Part shown: positions 1 to 9,459 of the stretch, in pieces
Layout of the letters: each line of letters starts with the position of its first letter
Numbering within the stretch: the stretch's first letter is position 1
DNA from: a virus
Length of the DNA: 64,000 nt
Reading direction: 5' to 3' (one strand)
IMG/VR virus record: IMGVR_UViG_3300018424_003600
Coordinates: 11,653-75,652 of that record
The notes under the pieces: model-generated
Told to the model about the DNA's origin: nothing
Seen by the model: only the letters and a program-made list of their open reading frames with translations
Databases searched by the model: none
Program-made: the position numbers and the translations under genes

Positions 1-498
1 GATCGAGGCGAAGCTAGAATTATAAAACTAGACATTAAAACGTGTTATGCTATGCATTCTGACATTGATGATAGATGGCATTTGGCATTACAAAAAGGTG
101 AAAGCTATCTAGTAGACTTAGACAAAAAAGACATGCACCAAACACTGCCAGGTATTTGGTATATTATGGATGCCGGAAGACTACATAGTGCAGTAAATTT
201 TGGAGATGCTAGTAGATATCAATTGGTTGTTAGAAAACTACTGAATAAAAATACACTAACTGCTCCAGTAGGAGTAAATTTATCTATTAACAATCCTCCT
301 GAAAATTATAGATATGTTGTAGATCAATTTATTAGTCCAAAGTTAAATTACTGGAACAAAAATAATAAATTATCAAATTTCAAACAAAATAACGACAAAT
401 CAATTTCTTTTATGTTAGAAAAAGATTCAATATCTGAATTAGAAAAAGCAGTAGACAAACTTAACTTAGACACAAGAGTAATTTATGACTCCATTTAA
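1..498 (+). CDS. 2OG-Fe(II) oxygenase, aspartyl/asparaginyl beta-hydroxylase-like (5' end outside window)
   Basis: Frame is open from base 1 (DRGEARIIKLDIKTCYAMHSD...). HxD (HSD) plus distal His (LHSAVN) and Arg (SRYQL) fit the double-stranded beta-helix facial triad; extra C-terminal domain. Confidence 0.7.
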   Translation, partial: DRGEARIIKLDIKTCYAMHSDIDDRWHLALQKGESYLVDLDKKDMHQTLPGIWYIMDAGRLHSAVNFGDASRYQLVVRKLLNKNTLTAPVGVNLSINNPPENYRYVVDQFISPKLNYWNKNNKLSNFKQNNDKSISFMLEKDSISELEKAVDKLNLDTRVIYDSI

Positions 499-1039
499 AA
501 AATATATAGATGGCAACTTATGTCAAGCAACACCTATATATGACGGGCTTTATGACGATGACACATTTGTAATGAAATTTAAAGATTCGTTTTGGTTTAA
601 CCAAGAAATAAGAGGCATAGGATTAATATCTCACAAATGGTATGCTCCTGAGATTACTTCTGTTAACTCTTTAGAAAAAGAAATTAAATTTAAGTGGTAT
701 GATACTAATCTAAATCATTTATTTCATTTTAACAAAAATTTACCAAATGACTGGAGAGAACAAATTAAGTATATTCTACAAGACTTAAAGGATGCAGGAT
801 TATATAAACTTAATATATATCCACATACTTTTTTTGTAAAAAACGATAAAATTTGTATAATGGATTTACATGCCTGTCTATGTCACGATGACGAAATAAA
901 ACAAGATGCTATTGGAGATGTTATAAACGACAAAAATAGATTTCAATTTGAAAACGGCATTTTAAATATCAAAGATACATATGAATATACAATAAAACAA
1001 AACATAGGAAACTGGCCTGGGAATTTTTTAAATGGTTAA
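485..1039 (+). CDS. Protein-kinase/APH-fold protein with degenerate catalytic loop
   Basis: VMK...FNQE...APEI N-lobe pattern; GLYKLNIYPHTFFV in the HxDxxxxN position; ICIMDLH in the DFG position. Paralogue of 2420..3112. Confidence 0.5.
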   Translation: MTPFKKYIDGNLCQATPIYDGLYDDDTFVMKFKDSFWFNQEIRGIGLISHKWYAPEITSVNSLEKEIKFKWYDTNLNHLFHFNKNLPNDWREQIKYILQDLKDAGLYKLNIYPHTFFVKNDKICIMDLHACLCHDDEIKQDAIGDVINDKNRFQFENGILNIKDTYEYTIKQNIGNWPGNFLNG

Positions 1040-1580
1040 ATTTATAGGAAACTGTAATAACATAATAGACTGGAATGCAGTTATTGAATGTGTAAACAAT
1101 TCTACACCTGCGTACATAGGTCCAAGACACGATGTAGGACATCATGTAGAAGGTGTTCAGGAAGTTGCAGCACCGTTGCGTGATGCAGGTTATAAATTTA
1201 AAGCAGAAGGCGGTAATGCTAGTTGGGAAATGCATTTTCCGGGCGAACAATTCCCCAAAGAAATAGTTACAACATTTATGGATTTTGTCGGAATGAAATC
1301 GTATATAAATTGTTGGATTAGTAAAGTATTACCAGGCGATGTTGCACCGTGGCATTGGGATATTACAGATGACGAAAAAACGTTAGATGCTAGTGGAGAT
1401 CTTAAAAGATTTCATTGTCATATAGATATTCCTAGACCTGGACATATTTTTATTTTAGACGATACTTGTTTATATAATGAAGCACAAGGAAATGTATATC
1501 AATGGCCAGATAGAAAAAGCTGGCATGCTGGTGCAAATGCAGGACTAACTCCAAAGTATCTTTTTAATATATGGGGTTAA
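1032..1580 (+). CDS. 2OG-Fe(II) oxygenase (AspH-like)
   Basis: WISKVLPGDVAPWHWD (HxD) ... WHAGANAG (distal His) ... PKYLF. Confidence 0.75.
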   Translation: MVKFIGNCNNIIDWNAVIECVNNSTPAYIGPRHDVGHHVEGVQEVAAPLRDAGYKFKAEGGNASWEMHFPGEQFPKEIVTTFMDFVGMKSYINCWISKVLPGDVAPWHWDITDDEKTLDASGDLKRFHCHIDIPRPGHIFILDDTCLYNEAQGNVYQWPDRKSWHAGANAGLTPKYLFNIWG

Positions 1581-2392
1581 TAAAATTCTAAAGTATTTAT
1601 ACCAAGTACTTTTCTAAACTCTGGTGTAAACTTACAATCAACTCGCATACCGTATTCAATTTCTTTAGATTCTTCACCTCCATGCCAATCTTGGTCATTC
1701 CAAAAACCTGCATGACAATTTAGATAGTGCTTGTTTTGTGTTTCTGGATCCCATATATAAAATCCTCTTTTTGTACGATAGCGTATGTGTATAAATTCGT
1801 TGTTGTGCGGACTATATTGTTTATCGTCCATGACGCCATTGTTTGCATCTAAATCTCTGTGTTCAAATGCTCTTCCGTTATGATCACAATGAAAAAATAT
1901 CACACGTCCTATTTGATCAATAACACCTTCTGTAACTAAATTTTCTACCCATTTAACTGCTCCTGGAAAATATGAGCTTTCTTCTGTTTTTTGACGTTCG
2001 GCATTGCGTTCGTTCCAATCGCCTTCATTCCATAAAAAATAATATATGTAAGGATCGTTAGCATCTAGAGTAGCTTTTAAATAACGTGTAAAAATATTTC
2101 GTTGTTTATAGTCACCAAAATTAGTAGGTAATATTTTATTGCCTTCTATCTTAATAGGATTATCGTCTGGTAATGCTTGATATTCTTCCCATGCCTTGTA
2201 TATAGGCTTCCAATTAATAGTGTAACTACAATCTTTCCAATCAAACCCGGGTGCCATCCACGTGCCTTCTTTTGCATAATCTCGTGCTAGTGCAAATCCT
2301 CGACATATTTCAGGATGCAAATTTTTGAATCCTTCTATGTCTAAGTAAGGATCTAAGTTAATATACGGTTTTCCGCCAATTCCTCTTATCAT
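1577..2392 (-). CDS. Putative 2OG-Fe(II) oxygenase (DSBH fold)
   Basis: GRVIFF...EHRD (HxD) ... DWHGG (distal His) ... MRVD (possible 2OG-binding Arg). Confidence 0.6.
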   Translation of the reverse strand: MIRGIGGKPYINLDPYLDIEGFKNLHPEICRGFALARDYAKEGTWMAPGFDWKDCSYTINWKPIYKAWEEYQALPDDNPIKIEGNKILPTNFGDYKQRNIFTRYLKATLDANDPYIYYFLWNEGDWNERNAERQKTEESSYFPGAVKWVENLVTEGVIDQIGRVIFFHCDHNGRAFEHRDLDANNGVMDDKQYSPHNNEFIHIRYRTKRGFYIWDPETQNKHYLNCHAGFWNDQDWHGGEESKEIEYGMRVDCKFTPEFRKVLGINTLEFY

Positions 2393-2395
2393 ATA

Positions 2396-2416
2396 ACTAC
2401 TTATGCGGTAAGTAGT
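2396..2416. promoter_or_regulatory. Back-to-back divergent late-type promoters forming an inverted repeat
   Basis: ACTACTTA-tgcgg-TAAGTAGT. TAAGTA lies exactly 5 nt before the ATG on each strand (2398-2403 minus, 2409-2414 plus). Confidence 0.65.
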
Positions 2417-2419
2417 AGT

Positions 2420-3112
2420 ATGAATACTAAGTTTGAGTATTATTTTAACGACATACCCGGAACTGGACTCTGTAGAAACAATTTAATTTATACAAGTCTT
2501 GTTGATTCTAATTTGACTACATTTGTACAATGGTATTATAATGACGGAGAATACCATAAAGGACAAAATCAAGTAGTTGATCCTAGTCTAATGCAAGAAA
2601 AATTTGATAGAGAAGTAAAATACTTAACTCTAATGACTGAAAATTTTCCCGAGCTTGTTCCTAAAATAAAAGAGATTGATACTACAAACCGTAAAATTTA
2701 TTTAGAAATTGACGGAAAAGATTTTTGGAATCGTGCAGGTTGCTTAACAGAAAATTATGATAATGTGTTACCGGACTGGCAAGATCAAATGATCGAAATA
2801 ATTAATGCACATAAAAGTTTAGGCCTTCACAAATATTCAATGCATCCTTCAAGTTATTTTGTAATAGATGGAAAACTAAAAAGTATTAATTACTTTTTTA
2901 CATACCATAACACCGAACCTAACTTTAGTATTGCAGATGTAGAAAGTCACATATACAGTACACGTCAAGATAAAATGCGAGAGCATTTAGAAACTTTAGG
3001 TATTGAGTGGAATACTCCGCAGACATTCGAAACTATGGATAAATTATGCTGGAATAGTTTTAGAAATAATTATCCTATAGAGTTTATAGAAAGAGTTTTA
3101 CAAAAAATATGA
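2420..3112 (+). CDS. Protein-kinase/APH-fold protein with degenerate catalytic loop
   Basis: FDREVKYL...VPKIKEID...KIYLE; LPDWQDQM matches LPNDWREQI of ORF 485; LGLHKYSMHPSSYFV and KSINYF replace HxDxxxxN and DFG. Confidence 0.5.
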   Translation: MNTKFEYYFNDIPGTGLCRNNLIYTSLVDSNLTTFVQWYYNDGEYHKGQNQVVDPSLMQEKFDREVKYLTLMTENFPELVPKIKEIDTTNRKIYLEIDGKDFWNRAGCLTENYDNVLPDWQDQMIEIINAHKSLGLHKYSMHPSSYFVIDGKLKSINYFFTYHNTEPNFSIADVESHIYSTRQDKMREHLETLGIEWNTPQTFETMDKLCWNSFRNNYPIEFIERVLQKI

Positions 3113-3789
3113 ATTTATACTTAAATCCAAAATGGCAGAGAATTGGAATTAGTCTTAGTGGAGGAGCAGATAGTGCTTTATTAGCATACCTTATCTTAAA
3201 ACAAACTAATGCCGAAATATTTTTTACTACACAAATACGTATGTGGAAGTCGAGACCTTGGCAAGGATATATTGCAAGACAAGTAGTACGTTGGTTTAAA
3301 TTTAATTTTCCGCACACAATACATCACATTGAAGGATTTATTCCTCCAGAAATGGAAGAACCGCATACTACAAATATAAAAGACGAATACGGTAAAATTA
3401 AACCTGGTAATAGAATTATACTTAGGGCGCATAATGAATATATTGCACACGAACACAAATTAGATGCTTGGTTTGCAGGAGTAAATAAAAATCCAGACAT
3501 AGAAATACCCGGAGCATTATCTGAAAGAGACGAAGGTACGTTACCTGTACATATGGAACATATGGGAGTTGACATTTATCATCCTTTCGTGTATACTAGT
3601 AAAGACTGGATTATAAAACAGTACTATGAAAATAAAATAGAAGATTTATTAAATTTAACTCGAAGTTGCGAAGGCGAGTTTGAAGGATTAGATTATACTA
3701 CATGGACTCCGGGTAAAAATGTACCCACTTGCGGAGAATGTTTTTGGTGTAAAGAAAGAGAATGGGCTATTAACAAATGTCAAGATTAA
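3109..3789 (+). CDS. queC: QueC-like PP-loop ATPase (7-cyano-7-deazaguanine synthase family)
   Basis: ISLSGGADS PP-loop; C-terminal Zn-binding TRSC...CGECFWCKER typical of QueC. Substrate not established. Confidence 0.7.
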   Translation: MNLYLNPKWQRIGISLSGGADSALLAYLILKQTNAEIFFTTQIRMWKSRPWQGYIARQVVRWFKFNFPHTIHHIEGFIPPEMEEPHTTNIKDEYGKIKPGNRIILRAHNEYIAHEHKLDAWFAGVNKNPDIEIPGALSERDEGTLPVHMEHMGVDIYHPFVYTSKDWIIKQYYENKIEDLLNLTRSCEGEFEGLDYTTWTPGKNVPTCGECFWCKEREWAINKCQD

Positions 3790-4364
3790 TTACCTTTGGT
3801 TGTTCTTACACTTGGGGAGCCGGGTTACCTGGAGATGGTCTTTTTCCAAGCAAATTATCATGGCCAGTTTTAGTAGCTGAAGAATTAAACTTAGAGTTAA
3901 TAAACAAAGGAGAACCTTCTGCTAGTAACACAGAAATATTATATGAGATTTTAACATTTGATTATAAACCAACAGATATTATTGTAATTATGTGGACACA
4001 TACACATAGAGATTTAATTTTTAGTAAATGGGGTGCTAGATTTAAGTCATTAAGAAAAAGATTTAATGCTTCAAAAAAAGATAAATCTTGGCAAAAAATG
4101 ATGAACAAAACAGATTATAATACAAAAAGTTGGTTGTGTATTCATCATGCAGATCTTTTTTTAAGATCAAAAAATTTAAAATATTTACACTATCCATTTT
4201 CTATACACGAGTTGTCTAAATGCACAATTAAAGGATTAGAAATTTCAAATTTTTGCAAAGATGGTATGGTTTTGTTAGACAAAGGGACAGATAATTTACA
4301 TCCTGGTATACGATCTCATAAAGCTACTAGTAAGAATATAGTTAAGGTATTAAATGAAAAATAA
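3777..4364 (+). CDS. SGNH/GDSL hydrolase-family protein (esterase or acyltransferase)
   Basis: Block I FGCSYTWG, block II NKGEPSASN, block V DNLHPG (DxxH). Confidence 0.75.
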   Translation: MSRLITFGCSYTWGAGLPGDGLFPSKLSWPVLVAEELNLELINKGEPSASNTEILYEILTFDYKPTDIIVIMWTHTHRDLIFSKWGARFKSLRKRFNASKKDKSWQKMMNKTDYNTKSWLCIHHADLFLRSKNLKYLHYPFSIHELSKCTIKGLEISNFCKDGMVLLDKGTDNLHPGIRSHKATSKNIVKVLNEK

Positions 4365-5622
4365 ATCGTGTACATTTTGTATGCACCCGTTTACAGGGCT
4401 TGCTACACGAGAAGACGGAGCAATTAAGGTTTGTTGCCGTAGTGCTCCTATTGGATTTATACAAAATGAAACTCTAGAAGAAGCATGGAACAACGATACC
4501 ATGCGAGAAGTACGCAGGCAAGTATTAAATAACGAGCGTCCAGAAGTTTGTAAGCCGTGCTTTGACCTAGAAGATCAGGGCGTACAGAGCTTACGACAGC
4601 GTCATATAGCAGGGGTTATACCAGAAGCACGTATAAACTTGTATCCAGATGCACTAGACGCACTAGACGACAATTATACAATGCCATTTGAGCTTCCTAC
4701 TATGGAAATTAAGCTCAATAATCTCTGTAACCTCAAATGTCGTATGTGCAATCCTTTAGATAGTACACAATGGAAAGACTGGAGTGAGGTAAAACCTTTT
4801 TACGAAAAAGAGAATAATATTCTTATTCCAATTATAGACAAACTTACAGACACACCTGGAAAATATATTGGACCGTTTGACAACAGTGAAAACTGGTGGG
4901 CATCCTTTACTAAACTATTGCCGCACTTCCGCAGAGTAGAATTTGCGGGTGGGGAACCTTTGATGGATCCTTATCATTACAAGATACTTGACATGTTAGC
5001 ACCTTACGGCGAAAACATAGAACTAAAGTATGCTACAAACGGTACTACGCTAGGTATAAAAGGGGGACGCACTATACACGACTATTGGCCTAAGTTTAAA
5101 TCAATCGCTGTAAACGTAAGTATAGACGGTATACACGATGTCTACGAGTACATTAGAGGCAATGGTAAGTTTAGCGAAATAGAAGAAAACATCAAAGTGT
5201 TTAAGTCATTTCCTAATGTAAGTCGTGTAGTAGGTGCGTTTACTGTACAAGCAAACAATATTATGCAGATTGACAAAGTAATAGAATACTTTTTAGAAGA
5301 AATGGGTATTGTTTTTTACTCGCATCGTGTAAACTATCCCATGGCACTATCTGCTCAAGTTATTCCAAACTTTTTAAAAACAATTGTAATTAATAATCTT
5401 GAACAAATGAAACACAAAGTATTAGGCTATAGTTTAGTTAAAGAGTATGATATAATAAAGCAAGTTACACTACAACAAATACAAGATAATATAAATTTCT
5501 TAGAAGCAAAAGACATGCATCCTACCCATTGGCAAGATTGTGTAAATTTTAATCGTGCGCTAGATAAAACACGTAATCAAGATTTTCTTACTGTAAACCC
5601 GGAGTTTGCTCCGTATGTATAG
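4354..5622 (+). CDS. Radical SAM enzyme with N-terminal twitch/SPASM-like domain
   Basis: CNLKCRMC (CxxxCxxC), FAGGEPL, TNGT, VSIDG; N-terminal FCMHPF...DGAIKVCC...CKPC. Confidence 0.9.
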   Translation: MKNKSCTFCMHPFTGLATREDGAIKVCCRSAPIGFIQNETLEEAWNNDTMREVRRQVLNNERPEVCKPCFDLEDQGVQSLRQRHIAGVIPEARINLYPDALDALDDNYTMPFELPTMEIKLNNLCNLKCRMCNPLDSTQWKDWSEVKPFYEKENNILIPIIDKLTDTPGKYIGPFDNSENWWASFTKLLPHFRRVEFAGGEPLMDPYHYKILDMLAPYGENIELKYATNGTTLGIKGGRTIHDYWPKFKSIAVNVSIDGIHDVYEYIRGNGKFSEIEENIKVFKSFPNVSRVVGAFTVQANNIMQIDKVIEYFLEEMGIVFYSHRVNYPMALSAQVIPNFLKTIVINNLEQMKHKVLGYSLVKEYDIIKQVTLQQIQDNINFLEAKDMHPTHWQDCVNFNRALDKTRNQDFLTVNPEFAPYV

Positions 5623-6526
5623 AATAGAAAGTAGATGGGGTCATCAAGATAGTATACATGTTGAATGGAATATTGGTAAACGCTGTAACCTAGACTGTGC
5701 GTATTGTCCTGCTGAAATACACGACAATTTTTCACCACACACTGACTTAGATGTTATGGTTAACACAATATACGAATTAGAAAAAATAAACAAACCTATA
5801 CGTTTAAGTTTAACTGGCGGTGAACCTACTGTGCATCCTAAAATTAATGATATATTAGAATGTGCTAGTGCTAGACTACAATGGCTAAGTGTTACAACTA
5901 ATGCATTACGTTCCCCCGAATGGTATATTAAACAGCCTGTGGACCAATGGGTGTTTAGTTTACATTTTGACAATGAACATTCTATAAGAGCAACAGAAAA
6001 TGTTGTTAGATATACACAGTTGCTTGATATGGAGAGTAAGGATACTAAATTTCAAGTAAACTTAATGTGTCATCATGAATATATGGAAGATGTAAAGGCT
6101 GCTGCTATTTTGTTAGATTCTCATCATGTTCCGTATGTAACTAGACGTATACGCTGGACTAAAGCAGATGACAGAGATTACTTTGACGATATGCGTTATA
6201 AAGAAAAAGACCTAGAATGGATACTTAGTAAAACTTCAACTGTTAAAGCAAATTGTGTTATCGACGGGGAACACAAAGTACATGCTAATGATATTATTAA
6301 GTACAAATGGAATCAATTTGAAAATTGGACTTGTAATGCAGGGCTAGAAAGTCTAATGATTAACTGGGACGGTGAAGTACATCGTGCTACATGTAGAGTA
6401 GGTGGGAGCTTAGGCAATATTTACGACGGTAGTTTTGAAATACCAAAAGAACCAATTGTTTGTACACGTAAATGGTGTACCTGTGCAGCAGACATTCCGT
6501 TGACTAAAGTAAACGTTGTTTCCTAG
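5615..6526 (+). CDS. Radical SAM enzyme with C-terminal twitch/SPASM-like domain
   Basis: CNLDCAYC, LTGGEPT, TTNA; C-terminal WTCNAG...INWDGEVHRATC...CTRKWCTC. ATG at 5615 preferred over TTG at 5606. Confidence 0.9.
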   Translation: MYRIESRWGHQDSIHVEWNIGKRCNLDCAYCPAEIHDNFSPHTDLDVMVNTIYELEKINKPIRLSLTGGEPTVHPKINDILECASARLQWLSVTTNALRSPEWYIKQPVDQWVFSLHFDNEHSIRATENVVRYTQLLDMESKDTKFQVNLMCHHEYMEDVKAAAILLDSHHVPYVTRRIRWTKADDRDYFDDMRYKEKDLEWILSKTSTVKANCVIDGEHKVHANDIIKYKWNQFENWTCNAGLESLMINWDGEVHRATCRVGGSLGNIYDGSFEIPKEPIVCTRKWCTCAADIPLTKVNVVS

Positions 6527-7481
6527 CATTTGTTTCTGGTTGACAATCACACACTCCTTGTTTCCTGCAAATAGTAGGTATTATTGTTGGAGCAAACTTG
6601 TTAATAAAATCTTCATCATAAATGTTATAGCATGTATCTAAATTATAAATTGGTTGTCCACAGCCTCCTCTAATATCACCAGTTTTATCAATAAAGAAAG
6701 TATCTATTCCAATATTACATTCCCAACCTGTAAAAATATTTTTATTGTTTAGCGATAGCCAGTTACGTGGAACTTCTTGTTCTGTTTTATCAGAAAAAAT
6801 TACTGTAGGATTATTTCTAGGTAACTTCTCAGCACCGAGCCAATATTCTTTGTTAGGCCAACGCTTTAAAGAATTGCTAAGATAGTCTTTTTGTTCTTGT
6901 GTATATTTTTGTTTATCATTGTGTACTTCAAGTGCAGTAATTGGCCATTCATATTTGCTTTTCTTAAGTGCTTCAACTATAGAAACGCATTTGTCCCAAA
7001 CAGTTGGATCCATTAATACCATTCCATTCACAGTTTTATTTTTAGTGTATAAAATATCACCAACTTCTGCAATGTGTGCAGGATCAACTCTTTCGTGATG
7101 ACAACTTAACATAGTATGGTCAACATAATCGCCATACTCGTTCCACCATCGTATAGTTCTACTTCCATTAGAACTCATACTAATAACACACTTATGTTCT
7201 TCGCTAAAATATTTTACAAAAGTGCCAAACTCTCTCCATAATGTAGGTTCACCGCCGATTATATGTAGATGTATTTCACGTTTATTTCCATTACTTTTAT
7301 AATAATCAATAATATGACTAAGATTATCTTTTATTCTTTCAAACTTAGGCCATGGTGTATCACCTTCGTGATATCCTGGAAAACAATACCAGCAATTATA
7401 GTTACAAATATTACTTAAAAATAATTCTATCCTTAAAATATCTTTAGGTATATTTGATTCTATTCTAATTATGTCTTTCAT
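6504..7481 (-). CDS. Radical SAM enzyme with C-terminal twitch/SPASM-like domain
   Basis: CNYNCWYC, IIGGEPT, SSNGSR; C-terminal WECNIG...IDKTGDIRGGC...CRKQGVCDC. Confidence 0.9.
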   Translation of the reverse strand: MKDIIRIESNIPKDILRIELFLSNICNYNCWYCFPGYHEGDTPWPKFERIKDNLSHIIDYYKSNGNKREIHLHIIGGEPTLWREFGTFVKYFSEEHKCVISMSSNGSRTIRWWNEYGDYVDHTMLSCHHERVDPAHIAEVGDILYTKNKTVNGMVLMDPTVWDKCVSIVEALKKSKYEWPITALEVHNDKQKYTQEQKDYLSNSLKRWPNKEYWLGAEKLPRNNPTVIFSDKTEQEVPRNWLSLNNKNIFTGWECNIGIDTFFIDKTGDIRGGCGQPIYNLDTCYNIYDEDFINKFAPTIIPTICRKQGVCDCQPETNARKQRLL

Positions 7482-8857
7482 AGCAAATGCTCTAACTCTG
7501 GAAAAATACTTGAAGCTGATAAACCTCGTATATTGTCTAGTTTGTTTACATATTCTTTAAAACCTGATAACAACCGGCTGTTGTCATATTTGTGCATATA
7601 ATTTAAAATGCCTTCCCACTGATTCCAACCTTTTGGATTTTTAACCCAAAAATCATCATCTTGAGTATAATTGTCCCACAACCATTGTTTTAGTTCATCA
7701 AATTTTTGTTGTACTTCTTGTTTATCCTTTTCTGGAAGTATTGAAATATTAAGAAATGTTGGAATATGTACTAGGTGTGCATTAACTAGTCCGCCGCCCA
7801 TTACGTGTCCGTCAATAGTTCCTATATTCATTTTTTTAAAATTACTGTTTACTTTCCATTTTATAAAATCAGGTATATGTTTTATATTAAAAATTTGTAT
7901 AGCTGTTGCTATGCTAACATGAATATTATCAGGCGTATTATCAAGTAAGTGCAGTGTGCGTTCTACATCTTTAAAACTTGTTGGATATCTTATATACTCG
8001 TCTCTTTCAAAACAAGCATCTATACTTACAGCAAATTTTACCTTTTTGAATTTACTCCAAATATTAATTAATTCTTCATCAACAAGTATACCATTTGAGT
8101 TATATCGAAGTAATATGTTTTGCGCATAGCCTTGACGTATGATTTCTTCTAAAAAAGTTTTATGTTCTTTAATCATTAACGGTTCGCCGCCTGCAAAGTA
8201 CACTTGCTTTAGATTAGGTATTTGTTCATACAACTCGTCCCAAAATTTTCCTTCTTCATACCATTTGTTGTTAAACCCCTTTTTGTCCCAAGTCATTTGA
8301 TTTTTAACTTCGGGGTCTTGGAGCACTGGTATAAGTTTTTTCCAATCACCTACCCATTTGCTACTATCATGAGGTGAACACATTACACACTTAATATTAC
8401 AAGTATGTCCTAAGCGTAAATCTAAATATTGTAAACGACTAGGAACAGTACCATCTTCTTCTGTTTGTTGTATTAATTCTTCAACATCTAAACCTTCATC
8501 TTGTATCCAAAAGCCTGTTTCCCAAATACGTTTACTTACAATTCCTTGATCTTCTTCTTTAAAACATCCTGTACAACTTGCTGGTATATTACCTTCTAGC
8601 ATAGTTTTACGAACACTACACATATACTTGTTATTAAATGCTTCTAACGGAGCAGTGTGTGCAAAGTTAGCAGGTTCTCCGTCCTCATTTTTAACCAATC
8701 CAATTTTATGATCAAAACCTGCTCCACTAGCATTTGATGTACAACACAATCTCATATCGCCGTTAGGGCGAGTGGCTAAATGTATCCACGGCAAAATACA
8801 AAATGTTGGTGAGCCTGTTATATCTTCAAGCTGTTTTTTATATTTTTCTATTGCCAT
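7478..8857 (-). CDS. Radical SAM enzyme with N-terminal twitch/SPASM-like domain
   Basis: FCILPWIH...NGDMRLCC...CTGC; CNIKCVMC; FAGGEPL; VSIDA; YIRYP. Confidence 0.9.
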   Translation of the reverse strand: MAIEKYKKQLEDITGSPTFCILPWIHLATRPNGDMRLCCTSNASGAGFDHKIGLVKNEDGEPANFAHTAPLEAFNNKYMCSVRKTMLEGNIPASCTGCFKEEDQGIVSKRIWETGFWIQDEGLDVEELIQQTEEDGTVPSRLQYLDLRLGHTCNIKCVMCSPHDSSKWVGDWKKLIPVLQDPEVKNQMTWDKKGFNNKWYEEGKFWDELYEQIPNLKQVYFAGGEPLMIKEHKTFLEEIIRQGYAQNILLRYNSNGILVDEELINIWSKFKKVKFAVSIDACFERDEYIRYPTSFKDVERTLHLLDNTPDNIHVSIATAIQIFNIKHIPDFIKWKVNSNFKKMNIGTIDGHVMGGGLVNAHLVHIPTFLNISILPEKDKQEVQQKFDELKQWLWDNYTQDDDFWVKNPKGWNQWEGILNYMHKYDNSRLLSGFKEYVNKLDNIRGLSASSIFPELEHLL

Positions 8858-9459
8858 TAGCTGCTTCTTTTTCCAATTATCATGTATCTATTATACAAAG
8901 GCAAAGATAATGTATCTTTGTATATAGGATTTATTTTACTCATTCTTACAAAATCATCAATATCAAACGCACATCTAATGTGTTCTTCAATATCAGTAAA
9001 ATTATTACTTTGTAATACAATCAACGAATCTGCTGGTACTAAATCTAACCATGCTTCATACTGTTCTTGCGTTAAATGTTCGCAACTTGTATTAATAATA
9101 ATATCCGCACCATAGTAATATTTAGACATGTCAGCAGTAATAGCTTGAAACTTACCATCAATGTGATATCTTTTGTTTATAGTATTTGCAACTTCTTCAC
9201 ATTCAGGGTCTATATCAATACTACTGATTGTAGTGATAGGAATGTTACTATTAAAAAGTAAACTAGCAAGTACACCATTCCAACCTGCACATATTTCAAT
9301 AGAATTATCATCAAGTTCTATATGTTCTTGTAATTTTTCTATAAGCCATATTTTTGAATTTATTTGACCTTTCCAAAAACTTTCTAAGGTACGGTATCTG
9401 TCTTCGCTGTTTCGAATTGCGTCCATCCAAAATAATATGTCCTGTATGTCAACTTTCAT
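8857..9459 (-). CDS. Class I SAM-dependent methyltransferase
   Basis: Motif I IEICAGWNG, motif II SIDID, TADM, DIIINTSCEH. Confidence 0.75.
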   Translation of the reverse strand: MKVDIQDILFWMDAIRNSEDRYRTLESFWKGQINSKIWLIEKLQEHIELDDNSIEICAGWNGVLASLLFNSNIPITTISSIDIDPECEEVANTINKRYHIDGKFQAITADMSKYYYGADIIINTSCEHLTQEQYEAWLDLVPADSLIVLQSNNFTDIEEHIRCAFDIDDFVRMSKINPIYKDTLSLPLYNRYMIIGKRSS

